Shown here: positions 37,489 to 49,004 of the stretch, piece by piece | Position numbering within the stretch: the stretch's first letter is position 1 | How the letters are laid out: every line of letters begins with the position of its first letter | IMG/VR virus record: IMGVR_UViG_3300044981_000029 | Span: 6,195 to 70,194 of that record | Length of the DNA: 64,000 bases | From: a virus | Reading direction: 5' to 3' (one strand) | Made by a program: the position numbers and the translations under genes | Notes under the pieces: generated by a model | Database searches by the model: none | Told to the model about the DNA's origin: nothing | Seen by the model: only the letters and a program-made list of their open reading frames with translations

Positions 37489-38964
37489 ATGCCTAAGTTA
37501 CCGACCACGCTCTATGCAAAGTCCGAATCTGACGATGGCAATGTGTACTATGTTACGGATACCAATATGTACAATTTGGCTGAAAGTGGTGAAAAGATCC
37601 AAATCGAGAAATATCAACTCATCGAGACCGTCGTCGCCGAAATGGTCGTTTCGACATCGAGACCAACAAAACGAAACTGAGATCGCGCGATGATCCTGCC
37701 GGGGAGTGGCCTCCAGCGGCCGGAGGAAGCGCGGTAGTGGGGCGAGCCTTTGCGACAGCTCGCCCCGGCTAATTGAGGAGGAATGAGTATGATCGCGATT
37801 CTATCGGATTCCATCCGTACCGCGCGAGCGCCGCACACCTGCGATCAGTGCCTGCATCTCATCCGAAAGGGTGAGCGCTATCGCCGTCAGGTCCATACGG
37901 ACGATGGATTTTGCACCTATAAAGCGCACGAGGACTGCGACAGGGCTGCTGCCGAGCTATGGAAGATCGCCGACCTTAACAACGACGAATCGTATATCTT
38001 GCATGAATACGGCGATGAGGATCGCGCGTTCTTGACTGAGCATTACCCAACAGTTGCTGATAGAATATGGCCACCGGCTAAAGAGGGATTGGATCGTGCC
38101 ATATCGAGTTGACTGCTGGAACTGCGGCGGCGAGGGTGTCATTGACGGCGATTGCACGTGTCAGGAGGACCGCTGCGTCTGCCTGGAACCTGAAGCGCCG
38201 CCCTGCTCGCATTGTCGCGGCAAAGGCTTCATGATCGTCACCGATCTGACGGACGACAACTGCCAAGATGCGGTCTTAATAAGATGAAACTTCATCCCTC
38301 ACATGAGGATTGAGACAATGGTTGAACAAGCTCCAAAAATTGAATCTTTTCGTGGCTCTGGACGTCTCAAATACGATAAATCACGCCGGATAGTTACGTC
38401 GGAAAGAGCCCGACTATCTAACATTGCAGAAAGCTATTCCGTATCTGTCCTACAGCGTCTTGTGGCTAATTACGACACCGATCGTGATCATATCGGCGAT
38501 AGCGACTTGGACAATGAACAACCGATCTCAATCACATTCCGTGGTACACTTGGCGATATCCGCAACGCCCGCACGGCACTCCAGTGTTTTTTGGCGGTAA
38601 GAAATGAGAAGTAAATTTGAGCATCCCACATCTAAAAGTCTGAAGTGGATGACGCCAGAATTTCGCGACTTCCTGCGGCGCAGGACAATGCCGTTTCTCG
38701 ATAGCGTTGGCCTTGATCGGCCGATAAGCTTTGTGCTCGAAGAAGTCTACTTGCAAGGCTTGCGCGACGCAACTAAAACCATGGAAAAAACAGATGACAC
38801 CGAGCGAAAAGAGCCTGCTTCTTACTGTTGCTAGGATCTTGCGGGCGCGGATCAAAGAGGTTCGCTTCAGCAAAAATGACGACGATGACATCTGGTCACT
38901 TAACGAGGCGCTCGTACCCTTTGATCCGGTGGGAGAAGACGCCCCTAGCGAGAAACGCAGTTGA
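37489..38964 (+). other. Small rightward hypothetical CDSs (37489-37680, 37783-38112 Cys/His-rich, 38096-38287 CxxCxGxG zinc finger, 38318-38614, 38794-38964)
   Basis: Consecutive ORFs with RBS; CWNCGGEG and CSHCRGKG DnaJ-type zinc-finger repeats. Confidence 0.5.
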
Positions 38965-39054
38965 CCGACGCCCCAGTCGAGATCCGCAACCAGGACGGCT
39001 CAATCGATGAGGTGATCGCTATCCCGGCCTCGATGACACCGCGAAGGAAACGAC

Positions 39055-40278
39055 ATGAGCGCTGAAACGTTTCTAGACGGCCGGGTCACGATGTTGCTCG
39101 GTGACGTGCGGGAAATGCTGAAAACGCTGCCGGACGATCATTTTGATTGCGTGGTGACCTCGCCGCCGTATTGGGGCTTGAGGTCATATTTGCCGAATGA
39201 CCATGACGATAAACCGCTTGAGATAGGGCTCGAGCCGACGCTCGGTGAACATCTTGCGGTTTTGGTCGCAGTCTTTGCCGAGGTGCGCCGAGTCATGAAG
39301 CCTACCGCAACGCTTTGGCTAAATTACGGCGACTGTTATGCTACGGCGCCGAATGGGCGCAGTGCGGCTGACACCAAAATCTCCGGTAACGACGATCGCA
39401 CATTTCGCGACAAACCGTTTTCTACGATTGGGCCGATTGATCGTGGCAAACGCGACTCGGCCCGGTGGGGCGGCGGCAACAATCCTGCCGGCGGTATGCT
39501 AAAACCAAAGGATCTTTGCATGGTCCCCAATCGGCTGGCGATCGCGCTGCAGGATGACGGATGGTTTGTGCGGTCAGAGATCGTGTGGGGAAAAACCAAT
39601 CCCATGCCCGATAGTGTGAAAGACCGCCCTGGAACTGCACACGAAAAGATTTTTCTGCTCAGCAAAGCACCGCGCTATCACTACGATGCTGAAGCCGTGC
39701 GCTTCAACTTGTCCCCGAAGACACTCACGACTTACGGAACTGTCCGCAATGACACGGGCGACGATGGATCTGGAAAGGTGAAAAAGGCTAACTTCGCCAA
39801 GTCAATTCCGATCCGAGGACCTAGGACGCACCCCGCCGGGAGAATGGACCCTCGCCATGAGGGACACATCAATCACACAGGTATCAACGAAACGCCTCGC
39901 GGCGAAGGGCGCGGTCTGCGCAATTACGAGCCTGCCGCTCTGGAGGTCTGGCCGATGGCTACGCATCCGTTTGGTGAGGCCCACTTCGCGACCTTCCCGC
40001 CCGAACTCGCGTTGCGCTGCCTGAAGGCTGGCTGCCCTCCCCGCGGAAAGGTCCTTGACCCGTTCGGTGGCGCTGGAACTGTAAGCATGGTTGCTGCTTT
40101 AAACGGGCTGGCGTCTACCCTGATCGAGTTAAACGAGGAATCCGCTATCATCGCTCGCGCCCGCATCGAAGCCGCGTTTATGGGCCGTGAGGAGGGCGCC
40201 CGGCACATGACCAAGCAACTCGGGCGGTTGGCAGCCGATGCCGGCCCGCTGTTCGCCAATCCCGAGGCCGCCGAATGA
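39055..40278 (+). CDS. Beta-class DNA amino-methyltransferase (m4C/m6A)
   Basis: Catalytic VTSPPY precedes SAM-binding VLDPFGGAGT; HFATFP.EL. Confidence 0.92.
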   Translation: MSAETFLDGRVTMLLGDVREMLKTLPDDHFDCVVTSPPYWGLRSYLPNDHDDKPLEIGLEPTLGEHLAVLVAVFAEVRRVMKPTATLWLNYGDCYATAPNGRSAADTKISGNDDRTFRDKPFSTIGPIDRGKRDSARWGGGNNPAGGMLKPKDLCMVPNRLAIALQDDGWFVRSEIVWGKTNPMPDSVKDRPGTAHEKIFLLSKAPRYHYDAEAVRFNLSPKTLTTYGTVRNDTGDDGSGKVKKANFAKSIPIRGPRTHPAGRMDPRHEGHINHTGINETPRGEGRGLRNYEPAALEVWPMATHPFGEAHFATFPPELALRCLKAGCPPRGKVLDPFGGAGTVSMVAALNGLASTLIELNEESAIIARARIEAAFMGREEGARHMTKQLGRLAADAGPLFANPEAAE

Positions 40279-40385
40279 CCCGCGCCCTGATCCTGCGGTG
40301 GTCTCCCGCGAATCCCTACTGGTGGGGCGTGCAGTTCGCCCTGGTCGGCTACCACATGCGGTACAATGCCGTGAGGTATTGAGGC

Positions 40386-40450
40386 CTTGACGCGGGCGCG
40401 GTTGGAGGCGTAAAAAGTGCGGGCCGGCACAGTGTCTAGCTGCCCGGCCC
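40386..40450 (+). promoter_or_regulatory. Candidate promoter plus leader hairpin upstream of replication genes
   Basis: CTTGAC-N17-CGTAAA at 40386-40414, then GGGCCGG...CCGGCCC stem at 40421-40450. Confidence 0.45.
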
Positions 40451-40591
40451 TGATCTCGAATGCGTGCGGCGCTTCGGATCGTTTGGAAGTCTTGTATTTA
40501 CGGTTATCCGCTTCGACCGTCAAGACCCCAGATTAAATCCCCCTCTCCGCATCGGTTCCTGATCATGACATTTTTGTTGTGAAGGACGCGC

Positions 40592-40927
40592 ATGAAACGA
40601 CCCTGGATGGCTCTCTATGTCGGCGATTATTTGGCCAATACGGGACACCTGACTACCGAGGAACACGGCGCCTATTTCCTCCTGATCATGCATTATTGGG
40701 TTCACGAATCGCTTCCGAAAGATTCAAAATCCCTTTCCGTTTTGGCGCGGGTTTCTCTGAAAAGGTGGAACGGGATAGAAACCAAACTTCAACCCCTCTT
40801 CGGCCCGAATTGGACACACCACAGACTGGACCAAGAGATTGACAAGGCAAACGAAATTAGCACGAAGCGGGCTTCCGCTGGATACCTCGGGGGGAAAGCA
40901 AATGGTAAAGCATACGGGAAGCATTAG
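40592..40927 (+). CDS. DUF1376/YdaU-like replication initiator (N-terminal domain only)
   Basis: PWMALYVGDYLA.T.HLTTEEHGAY.LLIMHYW...LP.D...H.RLD.E...KR..AG..GG. Confidence 0.85.
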   Translation: MKRPWMALYVGDYLANTGHLTTEEHGAYFLLIMHYWVHESLPKDSKSLSVLARVSLKRWNGIETKLQPLFGPNWTHHRLDQEIDKANEISTKRASAGYLGGKANGKAYGKH

Positions 40928-41043
40928 CTTCGATTTTGCATAGCCGTTTGCCGACATATGGTTGTGGTTGTGACTGTGAGTGTGACAAGAGGCTACCAAA
41001 GGAAAGATAGTAAGAGTTCATCCTATGACTGTAGGGACCGATC

Positions 41044-42549
41044 ATGATTTCCGAACTGCGACCGTACCAACTCCAAGCTCTCGACGATATCCGCGCATCT
41101 GTTCGGGGTGGCGTACGGCGCCTCGTGGTGCAGGCTGCGACCGGCGCCGGTAAGACGAAACTCGCCGCCGCTATCGTTGAGGGCTGCCGCGAGAAGGGCA
41201 ACCGGGTGGCCTTCGTATGCCCGGCAATCGACCTCATCGACCAGACCGTGGAAAGCTTCTACGCGGAGGGCGTCCGCGGCATGGGGGTGATACAGGCCAG
41301 CCACACCATGACGGATTGGTCTCAGCCGGTCCAGATTTGTTCCATTCAGACGATCCAGGCGCGCGGCGCGTTTCCCGAGGCCAAGACCGTGATGTTCGAC
41401 GAATGCCACCGGCTGCACGAGGCGCACAAAAAATGGTTGGCGCATCCAGATTGGCAGACTGTGCCCTTCATCGGGCTCAGCGCCACGCCATGGACGAGAG
41501 GGCTAGGCAAGTACTTTGATAGCCTCTTGATCGCAGCGACGACTGCCGATCTGATTGAGCAGGGGTATCTCTCCAAGTTCCGCGTGTTCGCCACTGGGCA
41601 TCCCGATTTGTCTGGCGTGAAAACCGTTGCTGGCGACTACCACGAGGGCGAGCTGAGCAACGCGATGCAGGAAGGCGCGCTCACTGCGGATATCATCAGG
41701 ACGTGGCAGGAAAAGTGGGGCAAGCCCAAGACCCTGTGCTTCGGGGTCGATAAAGCGCATGCAAAATCAATCCAAGAGCGTTTCATTCACGCCGGCATCA
41801 ACTGCGGCTATCAGGATGCGGAGACGACGCAAGACGAGCGCAAGGACATCAAACGTAAGTTTCACAACGGGGAATATCCCGTTGTGTCGAACATCCAGAC
41901 ATTGACAACGGGCGTGGACTGGGATGTTAGATGCTTGATCCTGGCGCGTCCGACGCGATCGGAGATGCTATTCGTACAGATCATCGGACGCGCCCTGCGA
42001 ACGGCCGAGGGGAAAGACGAAGCATTGATACTTGATCATTCGGACACGACGCAACGTCTCGGTTTTGTCACTGATATCACGCACGAGCATCTCGACGACG
42101 GAAAGCCAAAGCCGAAGAAGGCTGCCGAAGAAAAGAAAAAGCCACTCCCCCGCGAATGCGAGCAGTGCGCCGCTCTGTTGCCGCGTGGAACAAAGATTTG
42201 CCCGAACTGTCAGCATCAAATCACGATCACGTCTTCAATTATGGAGCAGGACGGCGAGTTGGTCGAACTGACGCCTGGGAAAAAATCCAAAGCCAAATCA
42301 CGCCACGAGTTCACCGAACCGGAGCAGCGCCAGTTCTTTGCCGAACTGAAAGCGCACGCGATCATGAAGGGATACAAAACCGGCTGGGCTGCGAATCAGT
42401 ACCGCGAGAAGTTCAAATCATGGCCGCCTCGATATTTCGATAACGTTGAGCCGGCCAAGGTTCTTTCTCCCACGGTAGCTCTTTGGATACGATCAAGGCA
42501 GATCGCGTTTGCAATGGCTAAGAAGAACGCAGAGAAGGAGAACGCATGA
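41044..42549 (+). CDS. Superfamily 2 DNA helicase with C-terminal zinc finger
   Basis: LRPYQ, ATGAGKT, DECH, GLSATP, LTTGVD, QIIGRALR, CEQC...CPNC. Confidence 0.93.
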   Translation: MISELRPYQLQALDDIRASVRGGVRRLVVQAATGAGKTKLAAAIVEGCREKGNRVAFVCPAIDLIDQTVESFYAEGVRGMGVIQASHTMTDWSQPVQICSIQTIQARGAFPEAKTVMFDECHRLHEAHKKWLAHPDWQTVPFIGLSATPWTRGLGKYFDSLLIAATTADLIEQGYLSKFRVFATGHPDLSGVKTVAGDYHEGELSNAMQEGALTADIIRTWQEKWGKPKTLCFGVDKAHAKSIQERFIHAGINCGYQDAETTQDERKDIKRKFHNGEYPVVSNIQTLTTGVDWDVRCLILARPTRSEMLFVQIIGRALRTAEGKDEALILDHSDTTQRLGFVTDITHEHLDDGKPKPKKAAEEKKKPLPRECEQCAALLPRGTKICPNCQHQITITSSIMEQDGELVELTPGKKSKAKSRHEFTEPEQRQFFAELKAHAIMKGYKTGWAANQYREKFKSWPPRYFDNVEPAKVLSPTVALWIRSRQIAFAMAKKNAEKENA

Positions 42550-43735
42550 GCGAGTGTTCGCACCGTGAATTTCTTCTTGCGGCATTACGAATTGCAAGCG
42601 CGCGAGCTAAGTTATTCGACTACGAGGTAACATCGATTGGAATCGCTTTGCGAGATGATATGATAACTAATGAGCAAGCCGTTAAGTGGATGAAGGATAT
42701 CGGGGCTGTTGAGGTGATACCCGATGAGGTTTCCAAGGCTACAGGCCACGAATCGCAATCATATGGGAACGAAGGATCCTGAGAGATGACGACTTCAAAA
42801 TCTCCCATTAGCTTGCTCAAGGCGCAAGCCGATAAAGTAGCAGCCACGCTCAAGGCAGCCGAGCGCGGGGAGAAAATGGGAACCGTAGACCGATCAAAAG
42901 AAGATATCACATTCGGGATTGTGATGAATGACAAGACTATAAAAATAACGATGCCTTGGGAGTTGATTCGTAAATACAGCGAGGCGACTATTTCTGAATA
43001 CATTGTTGGGAAAATGCGCGGTAACATCTGGCTTGCATCCACGGATCAGCGATGACTAATCGGCCATGGGATGCTGCCGCTGGAACAATCAGGAAAGGAA
43101 ATCCGATGAGTGAGCACACGCCGACGCCATGGACATATCGGCCCCACGAACACGACGACTGGGGTTTTATCCGAGGTCCGAAAGATCCGATTGAAAAAGG
43201 GTGGCCCTTGGTGGCCATCGCTCGGAGCGGTAGATTTGAGGATCTTGACGAACATCGTATGAATAGCACCGATCCGTATGCGGCCAATGGTGCCTTGATC
43301 GTCCGAGCCGTCAACGCGTACGCTGACCTCGTACAAGCGCTGGAGTTGGCGCGGCGGTTCATTGACCCCACCTGCGATCCGCCCAGGCTGAACAACCGAG
43401 ACATGTGCGAGATGATCCGCGCCGCCCTTGCCAAGGCCAAGGCACTGGAACAACCGGTAGGAGCGGGGGAATGATCAAGGCGCCGTGGACATCGAAGCAG
43501 GTAGACAGCCTAAACCAATTTCAGCATTCCGGCATGATGCACCCGTTTACCTGCCCTGGCCACGATGGTGACGGCGATCGCCATTTGGTCGCGACTCGCG
43601 CGGGGTGGATCTGTTGTCATTGCGATTATAAGCAGGATTGGGCGCACGATTGGATGTGCGCATTTCAGCCATGACGGGAGGCGGCGCGATGAAAGCCGCT
43701 GGCCATCGCCCGCACATTTTACCCGCGATAAATCG

Positions 43736-43775
43736 TAAACCCCGTCTTGACACAGTATCAAACCCATGCTTTATG
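43736..43775 (+). promoter_or_regulatory. Sigma70-type early promoter, copy 3
   Basis: taaaccccgtCTTGACacagtatcaaacccatgCTTTATgg, then AACGGAGAA RBS and ATG 43801. Confidence 0.8.
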
Positions 43776-44815
43776 GTGATTGCAGAAACGGAGAACGCAG
43801 ATGACCCTCAGCAACCTGATCGCAGCCTACGCCGCCGCCAAGACCGAGCGCAACGTCCTCGCCATCGGCCGGTTCATTCGCCGCAACCCGGCTTACATCC
43901 CGACGAAGGCAGAGCGCAAGCAGCTTCGCGCATGGCGGATGATCTGATGTCCACACCCGCACCGCTGATCACCGAGGACGGCGAGCTTGATTTCGATGCC
44001 ATGGGCAAGCGAGCGCATAGCCGAGCGGTTTCGGAATACGGCTCGCTGGATTATCCGACGCAGGCTGCGAACTGGGTTTACGATCGTGCGTGTGCCGAGC
44101 GCCGCGCATGGCGTCGCGACCATGGGTTGCCGGACGATTCGGCGGTCAGCATGGTGGATGTGGCGGAATGGGGCGCATCTGGCGAATCCTTCTCCAATCC
44201 GAAAGATTTTCACTGATTTTTCTGTTTAACGAAAGTCCAATTTCCATGATCCATACCGCGCCATTTTCCGATGCCGATCGCCTGATCATCAGCGACTTGG
44301 CCGCTGGCAACAAACTGATGCACGAGCCGGCGATTGCGATCTTTCGCGCTGCTTTGCGTTCCATCCCGTGTCCATCTCACGGTGAGATCGGAAAATATCG
44401 TGACGATCCCTACTTCGCGTTCATGTCCGAGGTGGACAATCCGTGCCCGTGCTACGTGCTCAAGGCAAATGCCAGGGCCGCGATTTTGAAGGAGTCCAAA
44501 TCATGAAGCCAGCCAATTTCCCCGGCCGCAAAAACGATCGTCGCAAGCGCGCTCTCTCTCGGATGCGAGCCCGTGATGAGTTTGGGTACAACGATCCGTA
44601 CTTCCGCACCGAGGTTAAAATTCTCAGCGATGCTGACGCGCGCTCGATTCGCACCAAGAAGGACCGCAGCGCGCGGGGCAAGCTTCGATGACCACCTATT
44701 GGATCACGAAGTACGCGCTATCGGCCGGAGTTTTTCCGGTTGATGGTAAGAGGGAAGAATCTCTTGATATGCTCTCATGGCAAGGAAAATCCATGCGAGA
44801 ATACGCCCCATGGAA

Positions 44816-45259
44816 ATGATCGAAGCAAAGATCATCAGGGGTGAGGTGCCGAACGGCTACGGCTACGGCTACGGCTACGGCTACGGCTACGGCTACGGCT
44901 ACGGCTACGGCTTATATTGGAAATCCACTATTGCCCATTTTGCAAGTAAGTGGACGGAAGACCAGCGGATCAAGTTCAAGGCGGCTGAGGCGATGGGGGC
45001 GACCATCGCTTTCTGGAGATCAACAAAAAATGGTCTTCCTTCGAACGGCGGCGGAAAGATCGAGCCTGCTGCTCCAGGCGTCGTTCATACATCCTCTGGA
45101 CCTCTTTCGCTATGCTCCGAAGGGACGTTGCACGCGACGCTTATTCCTCCGAAATGGAAAGGAGAGCGTTATTGGATTGTCGCGTTGCATGGCGAGGTAG
45201 TAGGCGATGATGAAAAGTTCGGGTGCCTCAAACGCGAGATACTCGGCGAGGCTCTGTGA
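44816..45259 (+). CDS. Hypothetical protein with (GY)9 tract
   Basis: ORF contains GYGYGYGYGYGYGYGYGYG and C-terminal LC..G.LHA...K......R.I.GE. Confidence 0.65.
   Translation: MIEAKIIRGEVPNGYGYGYGYGYGYGYGYGYGLYWKSTIAHFASKWTEDQRIKFKAAEAMGATIAFWRSTKNGLPSNGGGKIEPAAPGVVHTSSGPLSLCSEGTLHATLIPPKWKGERYWIVALHGEVVGDDEKFGCLKREILGEAL
44855..44911 (+). repeat. Perfect hexanucleotide tandem repeat (GGCTAC)x9 plus GGC
   Basis: Counted directly in the sequence. Confidence 0.97.
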
Positions 45260-45265
45260 TTTCCA

Positions 45266-45359
45266 ATTGCATCGCGCCTTCGGAAGTCCCCAGCCAGTAG
45301 GTAGCGATGCAATGCCCGGCTCCATCCTAGACGGACAAGGAATACGATGGAGCCGGGCA
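45266..45359 (+). other. Two adjacent long intergenic stem-loops
   Basis: ATTGCATCGC/GCGATGCAAT (10 bp) and TGCCCGGCTCCATC/GATGGAGCCGGGCA (14 bp). Confidence 0.8.
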
Positions 45360-48300
45360 ACCATCTTAACCATAAAGGAAAACGAAAATGCTTGCTCAGT
45401 CGTTCAAATCCGCCGCCGATCTACAAATCTCCGACGTTGAATTGTCCTCGCTGATCACCGTGCTCGGGATGCTTGAGCGCGGCGAGTTGGTCCATGACGC
45501 AGACACGTATTGTGGCTTTCCGCGTGGTCAGAAATTCAATATGGGAGTCTCCCTAACGGAATCCTCCTGCGGCACGATCGGATGCATTGCTGGTTGGGCC
45601 TATGCCGTGTCGAACAGAGTCGCCTTTCCTGAGATGTTCTTAGATGACGGGTGGAACCGTCCTAACAAAGGTTTGATCAAGCTCTTCGGCATCGGCAAGA
45701 ATACATATAACCTTTCCCCATATACTACGGATCAGGCTGCAATCGCACTGCGCAGCTATCTGACAACAGGCGAAGCGAAGTGGGAATAGGCTGTTAGAGT
45801 CGGGCAACCAATTCGAGAGGACGAGATGACCAACCGATCAAAGACAATTTGGCTATCCGCTGGCGTCTTCATTGCTATCGGAATCTATCAGCATAGTCTT
45901 GGATGGCTGGACCTGTTCGCAACTCTCGGCATTGCCAATATCTTGGATAACTGCTTTGGTATCGACAAGTCTGTGAGTGGGGCGAGAGCGCCGGCTCCCG
46001 AGGTCAAGAAGGAAGAACCTGCATTTTCAGTTCCTCCCGGCAAGCATCTTATTACAACGGATGGAGTTAAACAGGTCCGAAACCTATTGCTGCGCCACCA
46101 CAACATGAAGCAGACCGACCGCGACTATACCGAATCGGCTATGTCGAAAGAGACGGTGCTCATCGTCGCCAATTTGAATGTATTCCTGAAAGGTAAAACA
46201 TGACAAGCGAATTCAAGCAATACCGCCGCAAGCAGATCGCAGAACTTCGGCCGGCGACGCCGGCTGACGCGTTGGATGGAAACATCAGCGTTAGCGCTCC
46301 GGATAAGGCCAACGGTTCTCCACGGCCGGGCGACATGATCGCGCGCAATCCGAAGAATCACGCGGATCAGTGGCTGGTAGCTGCGCAGTATTTCGCCGAC
46401 AATTTCGAGCCGATCGCGCCATGATGCTGGACGAGAGCCGATAATGGGCCGTAATATGAAATTCAACCGCTCTCGCACGGGAGGCTCGGGTTCTGACATG
46501 CGCGAATCCACCGACCTCGAAGACGCCGCCTACGCCATGAACCGGATCAACCTGCGCACCCGCATCGAACGCCAGAAGCTCCGCGACGAGAAGCGCGCCA
46601 AGCCGTCCATGCCGAAGATGCCTTGGGAGGATAAATGATGATTCACGCAGGATGGCCGTGGATTTTGCTGATGCTTTGCACTATCGCGGGGTATAAATTC
46701 GGAGAGTGGTTTCTTGAGGGGCACAAATGACCAAACAGCCCATAAAAAAAGTGGAACTTATCCGCCTGCTCTATGGCGCGCTGGCCCTCACTAGGGTTGA
46801 TGCCGAGAGGAATGGATTCACGTATGGCTCCCAATCAAACTGTGCTGTTGCGATGCGAAAGGCGGAGAAGTTCTTAGGCGTCGAGAAACGCGAGAAGGCA
46901 AAATGACCAAGCTTGAGGAAGTCGCGAGGGCTCTTTGGGAGCAATATCAGGTTACAACGCGCCCGTGGATTGATACCAAACCATATGAGCGCGAGAAGCT
47001 CATATCTGACGCCCGCGCCGCTGTCCAAGCGCTCCGGGTGCCGAGCGAGGCTATCCACGCCATCATCCTCGATTACAACGATCTGTTCACATCGCCGGAT
47101 GATCTGTGGGAAAGTCTCATCGATGCCATCCTGAAGGAAAAGAAATGAGATCCGCTATTGATCATGTGAGCGTTTTGAAGCGCATCCAAGCCAAGCTAAA
47201 GCGTCGGCTTCCAATCGAATGCAGGGTGCGCATGACAAGGGAAGCGGCTCGCATATGGCCTCAATACGCGAACATTATCGGTACGGTGGTGCGTCACTCT
47301 GCCGGCGGAACTGCTCCTGCGGTTTTATGGGATGGCCGCAAGACCGAAACCAGTTATCATCCAGATTTTATTCGACGGGTGAGGAAGGAAAAGCCATGAC
47401 CGAAACGAAAATCGAGTATCCTCATGATTTGATGGCTCTATTGGCGGTGATGAAATCCGCCAAGGAAAAGGGTTTCAACATGAACGTGTGGGACCGCGAC
47501 ATCAAAGCGGTAGAAAACGCAATCGCGACGATCATGTCTATTTACAATGCGTGCTCGGTGGAAGAGGTTTTGCATGGGAACGGACATTGACCAAGGAAGA
47601 AGCCAACAAATTGCCGCTTGGAGTTTACCGGTTGTACTGGAAAGGTGGCGGATACTCCTTGGCGTCGATTGGTCAATTAGATGATGGAACGCATTGGTTT
47701 GCGCCCTCGAACTGGAGTTCTAAAAACGTCCAGTCGGTGGGGTGGACGGATAAATGGCGGTTGATTGAAATAGCCAAACCACTTGAACTGAATAGGGAAG
47801 GACATTGATCCATGGCGCCAAACCGACCGCTCACGATCTCGGAGGCGTTCCTCAAGTGCAATATTCCGCTTGAGCGCTTCATCGGGTATCGTTTGGACTG
47901 CGAGGTTTGCAGGCGTCCATTCCGTAGCTTTCGCGAAGAAGAAACCCATTGTGGCTGTTGTCGTCATCTGAAATGCGGCAAGGTCAATTGGCCATTGTTC
48001 GAATGAATATTTTCGGCAGCAAAATTTAATAGGAAATTCAATGATCTGGCACCCCTTCAACCGCGAGACCGCTCCAAAGGATACGCCGATCGCGATATTG
48101 TCTATTCGGCCAAGCCTGAGCACTGCAGGTGGCAAATATATTACGATGAATATTTGTTATTGGCATGAAAAGAATGAAGAATTCGTTCTCGGGATGGGCG
48201 TAGAGACCACGATCAGTTATGATGGAACCCACTGGTGCGAGGTCTCAGACCTGGATCTGCCGAAATGACCATTGCCCCGCCTATTTCAGACACCAGCCGC

Positions 48301-49004
48301 GCCAAAATGCACGAGGCCGATCATACTTGGCCAGAAAGCGTGAAGATCCAACTGCTCTGGCGCGATTCGGCCGGACGTGCCAAAGTCGCCACTCACGTCA
48401 TCTCGGCAGATGCTTTCTTCGGCAGAGGTGCTTACGGCGCCCCGCTCAGCGGCGAGGCTCTGATCCAGACCATTGAGCGCATGCGCCGCGCCGGCCCGCC
48501 CAAGATCGTGCGCAGGGGGAAACAGCAATCATGACCGTAGAAGATTTAATTGTCGTCCTACAAACTTATCCGCAGCATCTGCCTGTCGCGCAGGTCATGT
48601 ACAGCGAGTATTGTTTATTGGAGGCGCACAAAATTGAGATCAAATCTCTATGCAAACCGCGCGATGATGGCTGGATACAAATCACGCGGTACGATATGCC
48701 AACCCAACAATATCTGGTGTTTCCAGGCAATTAGCCGCAGAGGCGATAGGCAGCAAGGTGATTGATATGCAGGTATACTACGACCAGTACAACGTCATTT
48801 GCTGTGGAGACGACGCAGACCTAGGAATTGCGGACGCCCCGAATATTGTGCAGATCGCAGTAAGTCCCAACCTTGGTATAGAATTCCCAAAAATTGACGT
48901 GACAGATCAAGAGTATGCTGAATTTCTCGCTGTCAAGAAGCGTTTTTGGGAGCTTGCGAATGCATTCCAAGACCGCATTCCAGATCCGGCCTGAAAGGCC
49001 ATGA

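Larger units (their letters stand above)
42546..48994 (+). other. Long array of small rightward hypothetical CDSs (e.g. 42546-42782, 42786-43055, 43106-43474, 43471-43674, 43801-43947, 43947-44216, 45388-45789, 45826-46203, 46200-46424, 46903-47148, 48041-48268, 48265-48534, 48531-48734, 48767-48994)
   Basis: Dense same-strand ORFs with RBS and ATGA overlaps, typical of a phage accessory region. Confidence 0.55.

Noticed and set aside
37698-37780. HDV-like ribozyme (hairpin followed by GGCTAA)
   Set aside because: The required P3/L3 (UCC-containing loop) and P1 nesting could not be built.
39055-40278. Restriction-modification system
   Set aside because: No adjacent endonuclease; orphan methyltransferases are common in phages.
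44841-45200. Alternative-frame poly(TA) protein
   Set aside because: Just another reading of the GGCTAC repeat; no RBS or protein-like remainder.
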